A DNA stretch of 64,000 nt from Acidimicrobiales bacterium (lineage in GTDB: Bacteria > Actinomycetota > Acidimicrobiia > Acidimicrobiales > SZUA-35): positions 213,704-277,703 of the forward strand of contig JANQPB010000014.1 of NCBI GenBank assembly GCA_028285495.1. Direction: 5' to 3'. A program made the translations under genes and the position numbers. The stretch's first letter is position 1; the number at the start of each line of letters is the position of its first letter. The notes under the pieces were generated by a model that saw only the letters and a program-made list of their open reading frames with translations, searched no databases and was not told where the DNA came from. Below are positions 1-10,139 of the stretch, one piece after another.

Positions 1-2
1 GC

Positions 3-641
3 TACCGCGACCACGATCGGCTGGCCGAGCGCCATCCCGACGTCGAGCTGCTCGGCCCGACCGCCTTCATCTCACCGAGTCCGGAGGACCTGGCCGAGGC
101 CCACGCCTTGCGGCCCGATGGTCTGGTGGCGGCCAGGCCGAGCATCCTGGCCAACGTCCCCTCGGTGCTCGACCCGACGCTGGTCACCGCCGATGGCCAC
201 CACGTGCTGAGCGTCGAGGTGCTGTTCACCCCCTACGACCATCCCGGGGGCTGGGCCGACTCGGACGAGCCGGCCCGGTGGCTCGACGTCTGGGCCGGGT
301 TCATGGAACCGGGGGCCCGCGACCGGATCGTGTCGTGGCGGGCCATGACCCCCGACCGCTACGAGCGGGAGTTCTCGATGCACCGCGGCCACACGCCGTC
401 GTATGCGGGCTCGCCGATGGCGGCCCTGCTCGGCCGACGCAGGGAGCTGACCCGCTACCGGACACCGATCGAGGGCCTCTACCTGTCGGGTGCCGGCACC
501 TTCCCCGGGGCCGGGATCTTCGGGGCGGCGGGGCGAAACGCGGCCGGCGTGGTCGAGCGGGACCTGACCGGCCGGATCGGTCGGCGGCTGCGGTCGTTGC
601 GGCGGCTGTCGCCTCGGCGCACGGTCCGGGCCCCGAGCTGA
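3..641 (+). CDS. Phytoene desaturase-like NAD(P)/FAD-dependent oxidoreductase, 5'-partial
   Basis: Frame open from window start; C-terminal motif YRTPIEGLYLSGAGTFPGAGIFGAAGRNAA typical of the family. Confidence 0.8.
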   Translation, partial: YRDHDRLAERHPDVELLGPTAFISPSPEDLAEAHALRPDGLVAARPSILANVPSVLDPTLVTADGHHVLSVEVLFTPYDHPGGWADSDEPARWLDVWAGFMEPGARDRIVSWRAMTPDRYEREFSMHRGHTPSYAGSPMAALLGRRRELTRYRTPIEGLYLSGAGTFPGAGIFGAAGRNAAGVVERDLTGRIGRRLRSLRRLSPRRTVRAPS

Positions 642-654
642 GCCGTCCAGCGCC

Positions 655-1641
655 GTGACCGATCACCGGGGCCACGACGTGTTGCCCCTCGCCGTCAACC
701 TGATGCCGGACGGTCCCGTCGACCGGGTGGCCGAGCTCGCCGCCCTGGCCGAGGACCGGGGCGCGGCCCGCTGCTTCGTCTACGACGAGGGGCTGCACAC
801 CCGGGACGTCTACGTGGCGCTCGCCGCCGTCGCCGCCCGGACCGAGCGGGTCGGGCTCGGTCCGGGCATCACCAACCCGTTCGTCCGTCACCCGGGGGCC
901 ACCGCCTCGGCCATCGCCACGCTCGACGAGGCCAGCGGCGGCCGGGCCGTGCTCGGGCTCGGCGCCGGGGGTGGGCTGACGCTCGGCCCACTGGCCATCG
1001 AGCGCCGACGGCCCGTTGCGGCGGTCGAGTCGATGGTTCGCACGCTGCGTCGCCTGTTCGCCGGCGAGCGGGTGAGCCACGACGGCGACGCCTTCGGCTT
1101 CGCCGGGGCCGAGCTCCACTACGGGCGACCGGACGTCGAGATCGTGCTGGCCGGGCGGGGCCCGAGGATGCTCGACCTGGGGGGCCGCCTGGCCGACGGG
1201 TTCAACCTGAGCTACGTGCACAAGGACCTGCTCGGCGAGCACGTCCGCAGCCTGCGAGCGGCGGCCGGCGACCGGCCGTTCCTGGTCGGCTACTCGACGA
1301 TGCTCGTCACCACCGACGCCGACCTCGAGGCGGCCAGGGCCCAGCTCACGTTCCGGCTGGTCGACTCGCCGGACGAGGTCAAGGAGCGCCTCGGCCTGAC
1401 CCCGGAGCGGGTGGCTGCGATCCGCCGGGCGCTCGGCGATGGCGGCCCGCCGGCGGCGGCCCGCCACATCGACCCTGAGTGGGTGTCGGCGTTCGCCGTG
1501 GTCGGCACCGTCGCCCAGTGCGGGGCGGAGCTGCGGCGCCTCCTCGACACGAACGGGATCGACGAGTACCAGCTGCCGCTGCCCTCGGTCGACGGCGCCG
1601 GCGAGCGGATCGAGCAGGCGGCGGCGATGCTCACGCCCTGA
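655..1641 (+). CDS. LLM class flavin/F420-dependent oxidoreductase (Mer-like)
   Basis: TERVGLGPGITNPFVRHP, ATLDEASGGRAVLGLGAG, AGRGPRML motifs. Confidence 0.85.
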   Translation: MTDHRGHDVLPLAVNLMPDGPVDRVAELAALAEDRGAARCFVYDEGLHTRDVYVALAAVAARTERVGLGPGITNPFVRHPGATASAIATLDEASGGRAVLGLGAGGGLTLGPLAIERRRPVAAVESMVRTLRRLFAGERVSHDGDAFGFAGAELHYGRPDVEIVLAGRGPRMLDLGGRLADGFNLSYVHKDLLGEHVRSLRAAAGDRPFLVGYSTMLVTTDADLEAARAQLTFRLVDSPDEVKERLGLTPERVAAIRRALGDGGPPAAARHIDPEWVSAFAVVGTVAQCGAELRRLLDTNGIDEYQLPLPSVDGAGERIEQAAAMLTP

Positions 1642-1690
1642 GCCACCGGCTCACGATCCACAACCGAACCGATCTCCAGCGCACCCCCAC

Positions 1691-2254
1691 TCAGCCGCCG
1701 TGCCAGCGCTCGGTCTCACCGGCCTCGATGCCCAGGTGCTCGATCGCCCGGACCACCGAGTGGGTCACGAGATCGTCGATCGTCTCGGGGCGGTTGTAGA
1801 ACGCGGGGACCGGTGGTTGCACGATGGCCCCGATCTCGGCCGCCCTGGTCATCAGCCGGAGGTGCCCGAGGTGGAACGGCGTCTCCCTCACCAGCAGCAC
1901 GAGGGGACGCCGCTCCTTGAGGGTGACGTCGGCCGCTCGGGCCACCAGCTCGGACGAGGCCGAGGTGGCCACCGCGGAGAGCGTCTTGATCGAGCACGGT
2001 GCCACCAGCATCCCCGCCGTGCGGAACGAGCCGGAGGCGATCGGGGCCGCGATGTCGCGGTTGCCGTGGACGTGGTCGGCCAGCGCCTCGACCCGCTCCA
2101 CGCTGACCGCGGTCTCGATCCCGATCGTCATCTTCGCTGCGCTCGTCAGCACGGCGTGGGTCTCGACGTCGTCGACGTCGCGGAGCAGCTCGAGCGCCCG
2201 GATGCCGTAGACCGCACCACTCGCCCCGGTGATGGCGAGCACGACCCGCCTCAC
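1691..2254 (-). CDS. ubiX: Flavin prenyltransferase UbiX
   Basis: RVVLAITGASGAVYG, PIASGS, APCSIKTL, RAADVTLKERRPLVLLVRETP; GTG start overlaps the ubiD stop (GTGA). Confidence 0.93.
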   Translation of the reverse strand: MRRVVLAITGASGAVYGIRALELLRDVDDVETHAVLTSAAKMTIGIETAVSVERVEALADHVHGNRDIAAPIASGSFRTAGMLVAPCSIKTLSAVATSASSELVARAADVTLKERRPLVLLVRETPFHLGHLRLMTRAAEIGAIVQPPVPAFYNRPETIDDLVTHSVVRAIEHLGIEAGETERWHGG

Positions 2255-3621
2255 GTCAGGTACCGGTGGAGGTCGACCATCGGGTACGAGACCCGCTCGC
2301 CGTACTCGCGCCGCTCCCGCTTGTAGGTGGCATCGATCCCGACCTTGGTGCTGACACCCCGCTGATCGGCGGTCGGGTCCATCTCGTGACCCTGGGCGCC
2401 GGGGACGGTGAACACGTCGGTCGTCCAGTGGACTCGGTTGGTCAGCGCCCACTGGACCTCGGCGGGATCGTGGTAGTCGATGTCGCGGTCGACGACGATC
2501 ACGTTGCGGATGTTGAGGTGGGCCGCCATCGCCGCCATGGCCAGGTTCTTCGGCGTGCCCGGGTTGTCCCGCTCGATCCGGACGATGGCCAGGAAGCCGT
2601 TGCCGTACGGCGGTATGTGGACCTCGGCGGTGGCATCGAGGTGGCGGACGAAGCGGCGAAGCAACGGCTCGCGGGGCAGCACGTTGCCGATGTAGATGTG
2701 CTCGTACCAGCCGGGGATGATCGTCTGGTAGATCGGGTCGTGGCGGTGGTTGATGGCGGTGACCTCGAACGTCGGGCTGTTCCAGGCCTCGCCGTGGTAG
2801 CCGTGGAACTCGGCCAGCGGTCCCTCGGGCTCCCGCACGGTCGGGTGCAGCAGCCCCTCGATCACGATCTCGGCCGCGGCCGGGATGTCGACGTCGACGG
2901 TGACCCCGCGGCACACCTCGATCCCCTGGCCCCGGATGGCACCGGCGATCAGCAGCTCGTCGACCGGGGTCTTCACCCCGGCCGCGATCATGATCGCCGG
3001 GTCGAGTCCGATGGCCAGCGCGATCGGGAACGGGGCGTCCGGGTCCTCCCGCGACTTCCAGAACGTCCCGACGTCGCGCCACTCGTTGACGTTGAATCCC
3101 AGGCGGTTCCGCCCGGCTCGGCGGTCGTCGAAGCGCAGCATCCGGTTGTAGCCGAGGTTGCCCCGACCCGAGATCGGGTCCTTGGCCACCGTCACGGCCC
3201 CGGTGATGAAGGCACCGCCGTCACCCCGGCTGTGGGTCGGGATGGGGATGGCGTCGAGGTCGACCTCGTCGCCGGTCACCGAGTTGGCCAGCCATGGCAC
3301 CCGCTCCCGGTCGGGATCGACCCGGACGGGGGTGATGCCGTTGGCCGGATCGAGCACCCGGTCCATGACGTCGACGATCTCGTCCTGCTCGCAGCCGAGG
3401 GCGATGGCGGCCCGGCGGTGGGAGGTGACGCCGCCGCACACGATCGGCCAGGGGCTCCCGTCGACGTTGCTGAAGTAGCCGGCGCCGGTGTCGGTGCGGG
3501 CCAGGGTCGAGCCGACGTCGGCCAGCTCGTGCACCATCGAGACGGGGGCGTCGATCCGGGCCAGTTGCCCGGCCCCCTCCAACACCCTCAGGTAGCTGCG
3601 GAGGTCGGAGATCTCGGACAT
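2251..3621 (-). CDS. ubiD: UbiD-family prFMN-dependent (de)carboxylase
   Basis: DLRSYL N-terminus, NLGYNRM, EIVIEG, EGPLAEFHGY, VIVVDRDID, KVGIDAT motifs; coupled to ubiX. Confidence 0.9.
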   Translation of the reverse strand: MSEISDLRSYLRVLEGAGQLARIDAPVSMVHELADVGSTLARTDTGAGYFSNVDGSPWPIVCGGVTSHRRAAIALGCEQDEIVDVMDRVLDPANGITPVRVDPDRERVPWLANSVTGDEVDLDAIPIPTHSRGDGGAFITGAVTVAKDPISGRGNLGYNRMLRFDDRRAGRNRLGFNVNEWRDVGTFWKSREDPDAPFPIALAIGLDPAIMIAAGVKTPVDELLIAGAIRGQGIEVCRGVTVDVDIPAAAEIVIEGLLHPTVREPEGPLAEFHGYHGEAWNSPTFEVTAINHRHDPIYQTIIPGWYEHIYIGNVLPREPLLRRFVRHLDATAEVHIPPYGNGFLAIVRIERDNPGTPKNLAMAAMAAHLNIRNVIVVDRDIDYHDPAEVQWALTNRVHWTTDVFTVPGAQGHEMDPTADQRGVSTKVGIDATYKRERREYGERVSYPMVDLHRYLT

Positions 3622-3847
3622 GGTCTGGTCCCTTCGCGCTCGGTCGACGGCCTCAACCTACCGTCACCGGTGACCGGCAGGAAGACCGGCCGGTCACCAT
3701 CACCGCGAGCGCTCGACCCAGCCTTGACGACCGCAACGGCCGTCGGTGCGGGAGGGGGCGCCGACCGCCGCCAACCGGTGCGGGGCCATGGGTACGTCGC
3801 AGCGTCGACAGGACTGCGGTCGGACGACCCGAGTATCCTGGCCGCTC

Positions 3848-4852
3848 GTGGGCTCCCCTCCGCTCGTCGATCTCCGGCCGCTGCTGCCCGCCGAGCCCGG
3901 CGGCCTCGCCAACGGCGCGGCCGCCAGGGCGACGACGATCGAGCGCCTGCATCGGGCCTGCACCGAGACCGGTTTCGTGGTGGCGACCGGCCACGGCGCC
4001 GAGCGCGAGCTGGCCGGCCTGATGGAGGCGGCTCGGGCCTTCTTCGCCAAGCCCCAACGCGACAAGGAACGGACGCCGAGGGTCGAGCGCTACGGCTTCG
4101 TACCCAACGCGGCCACCGCCATCGACACCGCTCGGGCGAGCGATCGAACCGAGTACCTCGACCTCGGGCTCGGCGACGAGGTCCCGGTGCCCGACGTGCC
4201 GGGCCACGACCTGGCTGCGGCCGTCCGGGCCTATCAGCGGGCGGTGCTGCCGGTCGGGCATGCGGTGCTGGCCGCACTCGCCACCGCCATCGGTATCGAC
4301 GACGGCTTCTTCCTGGCCAACATGGAGCGACCGCAGTGCCGGCTCCGGCTGCTGCACTACCCGCCGGTCGAGCCGGCGCCCGACGGCACCCTGCCCGTCC
4401 CGACCGAGCCCCACACCGACTACGGCCTGATCACGCTGCTGGCCACCGACGGCGTCGCCGGACTCGAGGTGAAGCCGCTCGGCGGCGCCTGGACACCGGT
4501 CGACGCCCGACCGGGTCAGCTCGTGGTCAACCTCGGCGACATGATGGCCCGCTGGACGAACGACCTCTACCGGTCGACGCCACACCGGGTGGTCGGGCCG
4601 GCCGAGGGCGACCGGATCTCGATCCCGTTCTTCGTCAACCCCGACCCGGCCACGATCGTCGAGACGATCCCGGCCTGCGTCACCGACGAGCGACCGGCCC
4701 GCTACGAACCGGTCACCGCCGGCGAGTTCCTGGCCCGCCGCATCGACGGCTACGACGAGCCCTACGTCGACCGCAAGGAGGGCCCGGCCCGCCGGGTGCC
4801 GACCGCCCCGGCGCCGGCGTCGTCGGACGGGGCGGGGACGGACCGACCGTGA
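3848..4852 (+). CDS. Isopenicillin N synthase-family 2OG-Fe(II) oxygenase
   Basis: LRLLHYPP, HTDYG, VVNLGD, STPHRV, RISIPFF; start chosen downstream of a TATCCT -10-like hexamer. Confidence 0.88.
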   Translation: MGSPPLVDLRPLLPAEPGGLANGAAARATTIERLHRACTETGFVVATGHGAERELAGLMEAARAFFAKPQRDKERTPRVERYGFVPNAATAIDTARASDRTEYLDLGLGDEVPVPDVPGHDLAAAVRAYQRAVLPVGHAVLAALATAIGIDDGFFLANMERPQCRLRLLHYPPVEPAPDGTLPVPTEPHTDYGLITLLATDGVAGLEVKPLGGAWTPVDARPGQLVVNLGDMMARWTNDLYRSTPHRVVGPAEGDRISIPFFVNPDPATIVETIPACVTDERPARYEPVTAGEFLARRIDGYDEPYVDRKEGPARRVPTAPAPASSDGAGTDRP

Positions 4853-5643
4853 CGCCGGCGAGCACCGTTCGGGTCCTGTCGCTCATCCACGACCCGACCT
4901 GGACCGAGTCCAGGGTCGACGACGAGCTGCGCCGTCGGGGCCACGAGGTCGAGCTGCGATGCCACGCCGCCGGCGATCCGCTCCCCCGTCCGGACGAGCT
5001 CGGCGACGAGTTCGGCGCGGTCGTCGTCAACGGCGGGCCGGTCAGCACCTGGCAGGCGCCCGATCACCCGTTCATGGGCAGGGAGATCGAGTTCGCGGCC
5101 GAGGTCCTCGCCGCCGGCGTCCCCTTCCTCGGCCTGTGTCTCGGGGCCCACGTGCTCGGCGCCGCCCTCGGCGTGTCGACCGAGGCCAGGGCGGACGGTG
5201 TGGCCGAGTTCGGCTTCTGCCCCATCGAGCCGACGGCGGCCGGCCTCGACCTGTTCGGCGACCTCGACCACGTCTTCCAGTGCCACTACGAGGCCCTGAT
5301 CGACCTGCCGGACGGGGCCGAGCTGCTGGCGACCGGCTCCCTGTTCCCGATCCAGGCCTTCCGGCTGGCACCTCGGCCGGCGGCCGGCGCCGCCATCGGC
5401 CTCCAGTTCCACCCCGACGCCCGCCGCGACATGATCGAGGGCTGGTGGGCCGGCAACGCCGCCACCCGGGAGCGTCCCGGGGTGCAACCCCTGGCCGAGC
5501 AACTGGTCGACGCCGAGCGCTTCGAACCGGCCAGGGCGGCGTTCGTCGGCCGCCTGGTCGACCGCTGGCTGCCCGCCACCGGCGAGACGCGAGCACCGGC
5601 CCCGGAGGCGACCCCCGCCCGACCCGAGGTGGGGGCCCGATGA
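4849..5643 (+). CDS. Type 1 glutamine amidotransferase
   Basis: VVVNGGP, PFLGLCLGAH nucleophile elbow, GLQFHPD; GTGA overlap with upstream stop. Confidence 0.85.
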   Translation: MTPASTVRVLSLIHDPTWTESRVDDELRRRGHEVELRCHAAGDPLPRPDELGDEFGAVVVNGGPVSTWQAPDHPFMGREIEFAAEVLAAGVPFLGLCLGAHVLGAALGVSTEARADGVAEFGFCPIEPTAAGLDLFGDLDHVFQCHYEALIDLPDGAELLATGSLFPIQAFRLAPRPAAGAAIGLQFHPDARRDMIEGWWAGNAATRERPGVQPLAEQLVDAERFEPARAAFVGRLVDRWLPATGETRAPAPEATPARPEVGAR

Positions 5644-6938
5644 CCACCACTGCTGGCCCAACCCTGCTCACCGATGCCCGCCTGGCCGACGGCCGGATGG
5701 TCGACGTGTCGATCGACGCCGGCCGGATCACCGCCGTCTCGCCGAGCGCCGACCGCCGGACCGGCGATCGCACCGACACCCCGATCACCGACGCAACCGT
5801 CCACGACCTCGGCGGCTGGCTGCTCCTCCCGGCCCTGGCCGAGCCCCACGCCCACCTCGACAAGGCCCTCACCGCCGACCTCGTGCCCAACCCGGCGGGG
5901 GACCTGATGGGCGCCATCGAGGCCTGGGTCACGGCGGCCGGCGAGGGTCGCATCACGCCCGAGGGCATCACCGAGCGGGCGGCCAGGGCGCTGGAGTTGT
6001 TGCTCGTCCGGGGCGTGACCGCGGTGCGGACCCACGTGAACGTCACCGCCGACATCGGCGTGACCGCCCTGCTGGCGGTCCAGGAGGCGGCGGCCCGCTT
6101 CGATGGCCTGCTCGACGTCCAGACGGTGGCCCTGACGTCCAGCCCGATGGCGGGGCCGGACGGGGCCGCGAACCGGGCGGCGCTCGCCGCCGCACTGGAG
6201 GCCGGGGTCGACCTCGTCGGGGGCTGCCCCCACCTCGACCCGGACGGACCGGGCCTGATCGCCAACGCCATCCGGGCTGCGACCGAGGCCGGTGTCGGGA
6301 TCGACCTGCACACCGACGAGATGCTCGACCCGTCGGTGCTGACCCTGCGGGACTACGCCAGGCAGGTCATCGACGCGGGCTTCGACGGGTCGGTGGCCGC
6401 CAGCCACTGCGTGACCCTCGGCATGCAGACCCCCGAGGTCCAGGCCGAGGTGGCGGGACTGGTGGCCGAGGCCGGCATCGCCGTGTTCCCGCTGCCCCAG
6501 ACCAACCTGTTCCTCCAGGGCCGCGACCACCCGACCGGCACCCCCCGGGGCCTGACCGCCGTGGCGGCGCTGCGGGAGGCGGGTGCGCTGGTGGCGGCCG
6601 GTGCGGACAACGTCCAGGACCCGTTCAACCTGGTCGGGCGGTCCGACCCGTTGGAGACGGCGGCGCTGATGGTGATGGCCGGCCACCAGCTGCCGGACGA
6701 CGCCTACGACCTGGTGTCGAACGACGTCCGCCGGGCGATCGGCCTGGAGCCGGTCGCCATCTCGCCCGGCGCCCCCGCCGACCTGCTCGCCATCGACGCC
6801 CCGTCGATCCGGGGGGCGGTGGCCGACGCCCCGATGTCGCGCCGGGTGTTCCGGGCCGGCGTGCTGGTGGCCTCGGCCGACCAGTCGACGACCGTCCATC
6901 GCCCGGTCGACGGCGACGGCGGGATCGGGGCAGGCTGA
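5640..6938 (+). CDS. Cytosine deaminase-like metal-dependent amidohydrolase
   Basis: EPHAHLDK, DLHTDE, ASHCVTL, AGADNVQDPFN motifs. Confidence 0.88.
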   Translation: MTTTAGPTLLTDARLADGRMVDVSIDAGRITAVSPSADRRTGDRTDTPITDATVHDLGGWLLLPALAEPHAHLDKALTADLVPNPAGDLMGAIEAWVTAAGEGRITPEGITERAARALELLLVRGVTAVRTHVNVTADIGVTALLAVQEAAARFDGLLDVQTVALTSSPMAGPDGAANRAALAAALEAGVDLVGGCPHLDPDGPGLIANAIRAATEAGVGIDLHTDEMLDPSVLTLRDYARQVIDAGFDGSVAASHCVTLGMQTPEVQAEVAGLVAEAGIAVFPLPQTNLFLQGRDHPTGTPRGLTAVAALREAGALVAAGADNVQDPFNLVGRSDPLETAALMVMAGHQLPDDAYDLVSNDVRRAIGLEPVAISPGAPADLLAIDAPSIRGAVADAPMSRRVFRAGVLVASADQSTTVHRPVDGDGGIGAG

Positions 6939-6940
6939 TC

Positions 6941-7510
6941 GTGGAGCTGCGGACCTGGATCGTCGGCGACCTGGTGTCGCTGCGGCAGCGACTGGCCGGC
7001 GGCGTGCTCGCCCGGATCCCGACCGATCGACGGGCCGAGCGGGTCGACGGTGGCGGCATCGCGCCCACCTACATCCTGTGGCACCTGGCCCGCCACCACG
7101 ACGTCGCCGTCAACCGGGTCCTCCGTGAGGTCGACGAGACCGTGCACGGCTGGACCGACCGGCTCGGCGTCGCCGACGACCTGTGGCGAGGGCTGGCCGA
7201 GGGGGAGGACGCCGACCTGGTCGACGTGCTCGATGCCGAGTCGGTCGAGGGCTACACGCTGGCCGTGCTCGACGGCACCCGGACCTGGCTCGACGAGGCC
7301 GACCTGTCGATCCTGGAGCAGCCGTCGCTCGACACCGACGCCGCCCTGGCCGCCCTCGGCACGCCGGAGGACCGGATGGGATGGCTCTACGACATGTGGC
7401 GGGGTCGGCCGGCCTCGTTCTTCCTGCAGTGGGAGGCGATCGGGCACGGGGTGAACCACCTCGGCGAGTTGACCTCGATCCGCAACCGCATGGGCCTCAG
7501 CCCGTTCTGA
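6941..7510 (+). CDS. DinB-family protein
   Basis: ILWHLARHHD and C-terminal HGVNHLGE His motifs; 2 nt after the deaminase stop. Confidence 0.7.
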   Translation: MELRTWIVGDLVSLRQRLAGGVLARIPTDRRAERVDGGGIAPTYILWHLARHHDVAVNRVLREVDETVHGWTDRLGVADDLWRGLAEGEDADLVDVLDAESVEGYTLAVLDGTRTWLDEADLSILEQPSLDTDAALAALGTPEDRMGWLYDMWRGRPASFFLQWEAIGHGVNHLGELTSIRNRMGLSPF

Positions 7511-7512
7511 GC

Positions 7513-7564
7513 CCGTTCTGACGGCGGATCGGCCCGGAAACGGGCATCCAAACCGTCAGAACGG
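7513..7564. terminator. Long hairpin between convergent genes
   Basis: CCGTTCTGACGG...GCCCG GAAA CGGGC...CCGTCAGAACGG inverted repeat. Confidence 0.65.
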
Positions 7565-7606
7565 CCGGGCCGCCGGTGCGGGGCAGCCGGGGCGGAGCCC
7601 AGGCCG

Positions 7607-8845
7607 TCACCGCCGGAGCGAGTCGCTGAGCGGGATCGTGTCGAGGTCGGTGTCGGGACCGACGATGTAGTTGCCGGCCACGACGGTCTCCGGACCGGCG
7701 GCCTCGTCGAACGACACCCCGACGGGGTCGCCACCGTCGGCGACGATCCGGACCTGCTCCTTGAACTGGCGGCGGACCAACGACACGCCCCGATCGGAGG
7801 TAGCGAGGCGCTCGGTCGAGTGTCGGGTGATCGGCCCCTGGCCGACCTGGGCCTCGTAGTCGCCCGGGTAGTACTGGTGCTCCTCGTCGGTCAGGTCGAA
7901 CCAGCTCTTGTCGCCGGCGTAGACCGCCATCCCCTGGGCCTCGGCCCCCTTCGGCTTGCGCAACATGGCGAACACCCGCGTCGTGGTGTCGTCGATCGGT
8001 AGCGCCCACGAGAGGTTGTTGGTCTTGCCCAGCACGGTCAGGGTCGGGGTGGCGATGACCCGGACGGTCGGCACTCGGACCTCGGTCACCCGGTGCAGGA
8101 TCGTGCCGTCCGGCAGATCCCGGTCCTGGGTCGAGGTGATCCCCCAGTCGTGGCGCTGCCACTCGATCCGGGGCCAGATCTCCAGCTGGGGGCTGAACTG
8201 GGGCCCGCTGATGGCCACGTGGAGGATGAACACGTGGTACGGGTCCATCACGTTCTCGTGGGTCTGGAACCAGTTGCACGGCGCGACCGACGGTCCGCCG
8301 AAGGCGAAGTGGTCGACGATCTCGATCTCCTCGGTCTCCGCATCGAAGCCGTCGAAGATGTCGTAGCGGGGGAACACCGGCTGGCGGTCGGCCGGGCCGA
8401 GGTAGGCGAACAGCAGCCCGTGGTACTCCACCACCGGGTACCAGGGCTGCCGGTAGCGGGCCCGGTTGCGACCGCCGTCGGGCTCGCACGGCTGGTCGAT
8501 GCAGGTCCCGTCCGGGGCGAACAGCCAGCCGTGGTAGGGGCACCGGATGCCGTCGTCCTCGACCCGACCGAAGTAGAGGGTGGTGCCCCGGTGGCAGCAG
8601 CGGGGCTCGAGCAACCCGGGGGTCCCCGACCGGTCGCGGAACAGGATCAGGTCCTCGCCGAGGATGCGGACCTCCCGGGGTCGCTCGGTGGCCTCGGCGC
8701 TGGTGGCGATCGGATGCCAGTACCGGCGGAGCAGCTCACCGGACGGGGTGCCGGCCCCGACCTCGACGAGCTCGGGATCCCAGGTGCCCGCATCCCGCCC
8801 GTAGGCCCGCCCGTCGGACTGTGCGCTCGTGCCGCTCGTCGTCAT
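7607..8845 (-). CDS. Rieske non-heme iron oxygenase alpha subunit (phthalate 4,5-dioxygenase-like)
   Basis: CCHRG...CPYHGW Rieske motif; ENVMDPYHVFILH mononuclear Fe motif. Confidence 0.9.
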   Translation of the reverse strand: MTTSGTSAQSDGRAYGRDAGTWDPELVEVGAGTPSGELLRRYWHPIATSAEATERPREVRILGEDLILFRDRSGTPGLLEPRCCHRGTTLYFGRVEDDGIRCPYHGWLFAPDGTCIDQPCEPDGGRNRARYRQPWYPVVEYHGLLFAYLGPADRQPVFPRYDIFDGFDAETEEIEIVDHFAFGGPSVAPCNWFQTHENVMDPYHVFILHVAISGPQFSPQLEIWPRIEWQRHDWGITSTQDRDLPDGTILHRVTEVRVPTVRVIATPTLTVLGKTNNLSWALPIDDTTTRVFAMLRKPKGAEAQGMAVYAGDKSWFDLTDEEHQYYPGDYEAQVGQGPITRHSTERLATSDRGVSLVRRQFKEQVRIVADGGDPVGVSFDEAAGPETVVAGNYIVGPDTDLDTIPLSDSLRR

Positions 8846-8863
8846 CGGGCCATCATCGCAAAA

Positions 8864-8904
8864 CGACGGGGAGCCGGCCCCTTCCGGAACCGGCTCCCCT
8901 GTCG
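8864..8904. terminator. Stem-loop downstream of ABC substrate-binding gene
   Basis: CGACGGGGAGCCGG ... CCGGCTCCCCTGTCG inverted repeat. Confidence 0.55.
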
Positions 8905-8916
8905 AACGATCGTCGA

Positions 8917-10068
8917 TCAGAGACCGATGCTGTCGTCGATGAACTCGTTGGTGAACATGTCCTCGGCCGTCAGGTCCTCGGGGATGTCGATCCCGGCGCC
9001 CCGCTGGGCGTCGAGGATGGCCTGGATGCGGCTGGCCTCCATGTTGCCGACCGTGTCGTCCGGACCGTTGCTGACCAGACCGAGCTCGAGCTGCTGCTCG
9101 ACCGACCAGTCGGCCAACTCGGCCGAGTAGACCCAGTCGGCGTCGAACTGGGCGACGGCGTCGACGATCACGTCGTTGGAGATCGAGGCGTCGTCGGCCC
9201 AGCTGACCACGGCCCGCTGGAGGACGGGGATGAACTGCTCGAGGCAGGGGCGGAGCTCCTCGAGATCATCGGGCTTGACCCCGATGGTCTGCGAGTAGAC
9301 CTGCCAGCCCGCGTCGTGAAGCAGCTCGAAGGCCGGGGCCTTGCCGTACTCCTCGAACACGAACTCGTAGTTGTAGGGCTCGGCCGAGGCGAAGCCCTGC
9401 TGGGCGATGTCGCCCTCGGCGATGAACCGGGCCGGCGTGCCGTCGTACGACGGGTTGAGCTGGTCCTCGGTCCAGATGCCCTGGGCAACGAACGCCTCGG
9501 GGAAGCCGTCGACACCGAACAGGTTGACCTCGATGCCGGCCTCGCCGACATCGGCGATGGTCTCGACGTCCGGATAGGTGTCGGGGTCCCACATCACGAT
9601 CTGCGGGTTGACCTCGAGCGGCGCCATGACCGAGATCAGCGGCAGGTCGTCCCAGCTCGTGGCCTGGGAGTCGGTGGTGGTGTACCCGAGGTGGATCGAG
9701 TCGTCGGTGTACATCTGGACCCGGGGGGCGGCGAAGCCGATCGACGGGCCACCGGAGCGGATCTCGAAGTCGATCCCCAGCTCCTCGCCGTCGAGCACCA
9801 TCGGCCCGGTGACGATCCGGTTCTCGACGTCGACGGTGTAGCCGTCGCCGATCAGCTGGTACAGCGCACCGTGCTCGGCCTCGGCCCACCAGTCGGTCTG
9901 GATGACCAGGGTGGCCGGGCAGACGTCGGACAGGGCGCCCGCCGCCGCTGCCTCGCCGTCCCCGTCACCCTCGGCATCGGTGTCGCTGTCGTCGTCGCCA
10001 CAGGCCGCAGCGACGAGTGCCAGAGCCAGCAACAGGCTCAACAGACGTGACCATTTCGTGTTTCGCAT
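8917..10068 (-). CDS. ABC transporter substrate-binding lipoprotein (NMT1/THI5-like)
   Basis: Lipobox LVAAAC; QTDWWAEAEHG and QQGFASAEP motifs; downstream of NitT/TauT-type permease and ATPase. Confidence 0.85.
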   Translation of the reverse strand: MRNTKWSRLLSLLLALALVAAACGDDDSDTDAEGDGDGEAAAAGALSDVCPATLVIQTDWWAEAEHGALYQLIGDGYTVDVENRIVTGPMVLDGEELGIDFEIRSGGPSIGFAAPRVQMYTDDSIHLGYTTTDSQATSWDDLPLISVMAPLEVNPQIVMWDPDTYPDVETIADVGEAGIEVNLFGVDGFPEAFVAQGIWTEDQLNPSYDGTPARFIAEGDIAQQGFASAEPYNYEFVFEEYGKAPAFELLHDAGWQVYSQTIGVKPDDLEELRPCLEQFIPVLQRAVVSWADDASISNDVIVDAVAQFDADWVYSAELADWSVEQQLELGLVSNGPDDTVGNMEASRIQAILDAQRGAGIDIPEDLTAEDMFTNEFIDDSIGL

Positions 10069-10139
10069 ATCCCCTCCCCGGAGATAGGTGTCGATCCGGG
10101 CCTAGCGGCCCGGGCGAAGTTGTGTCGGCTCGCTCGGGT

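Noticed and set aside
2266-4848. 1125-aa + strand ORF (2266..5643)
   Set aside because: The first part is the antisense shadow of ubiD and an off-frame overlap of the oxygenase; only 4849..5643 (GATase) has protein motifs.
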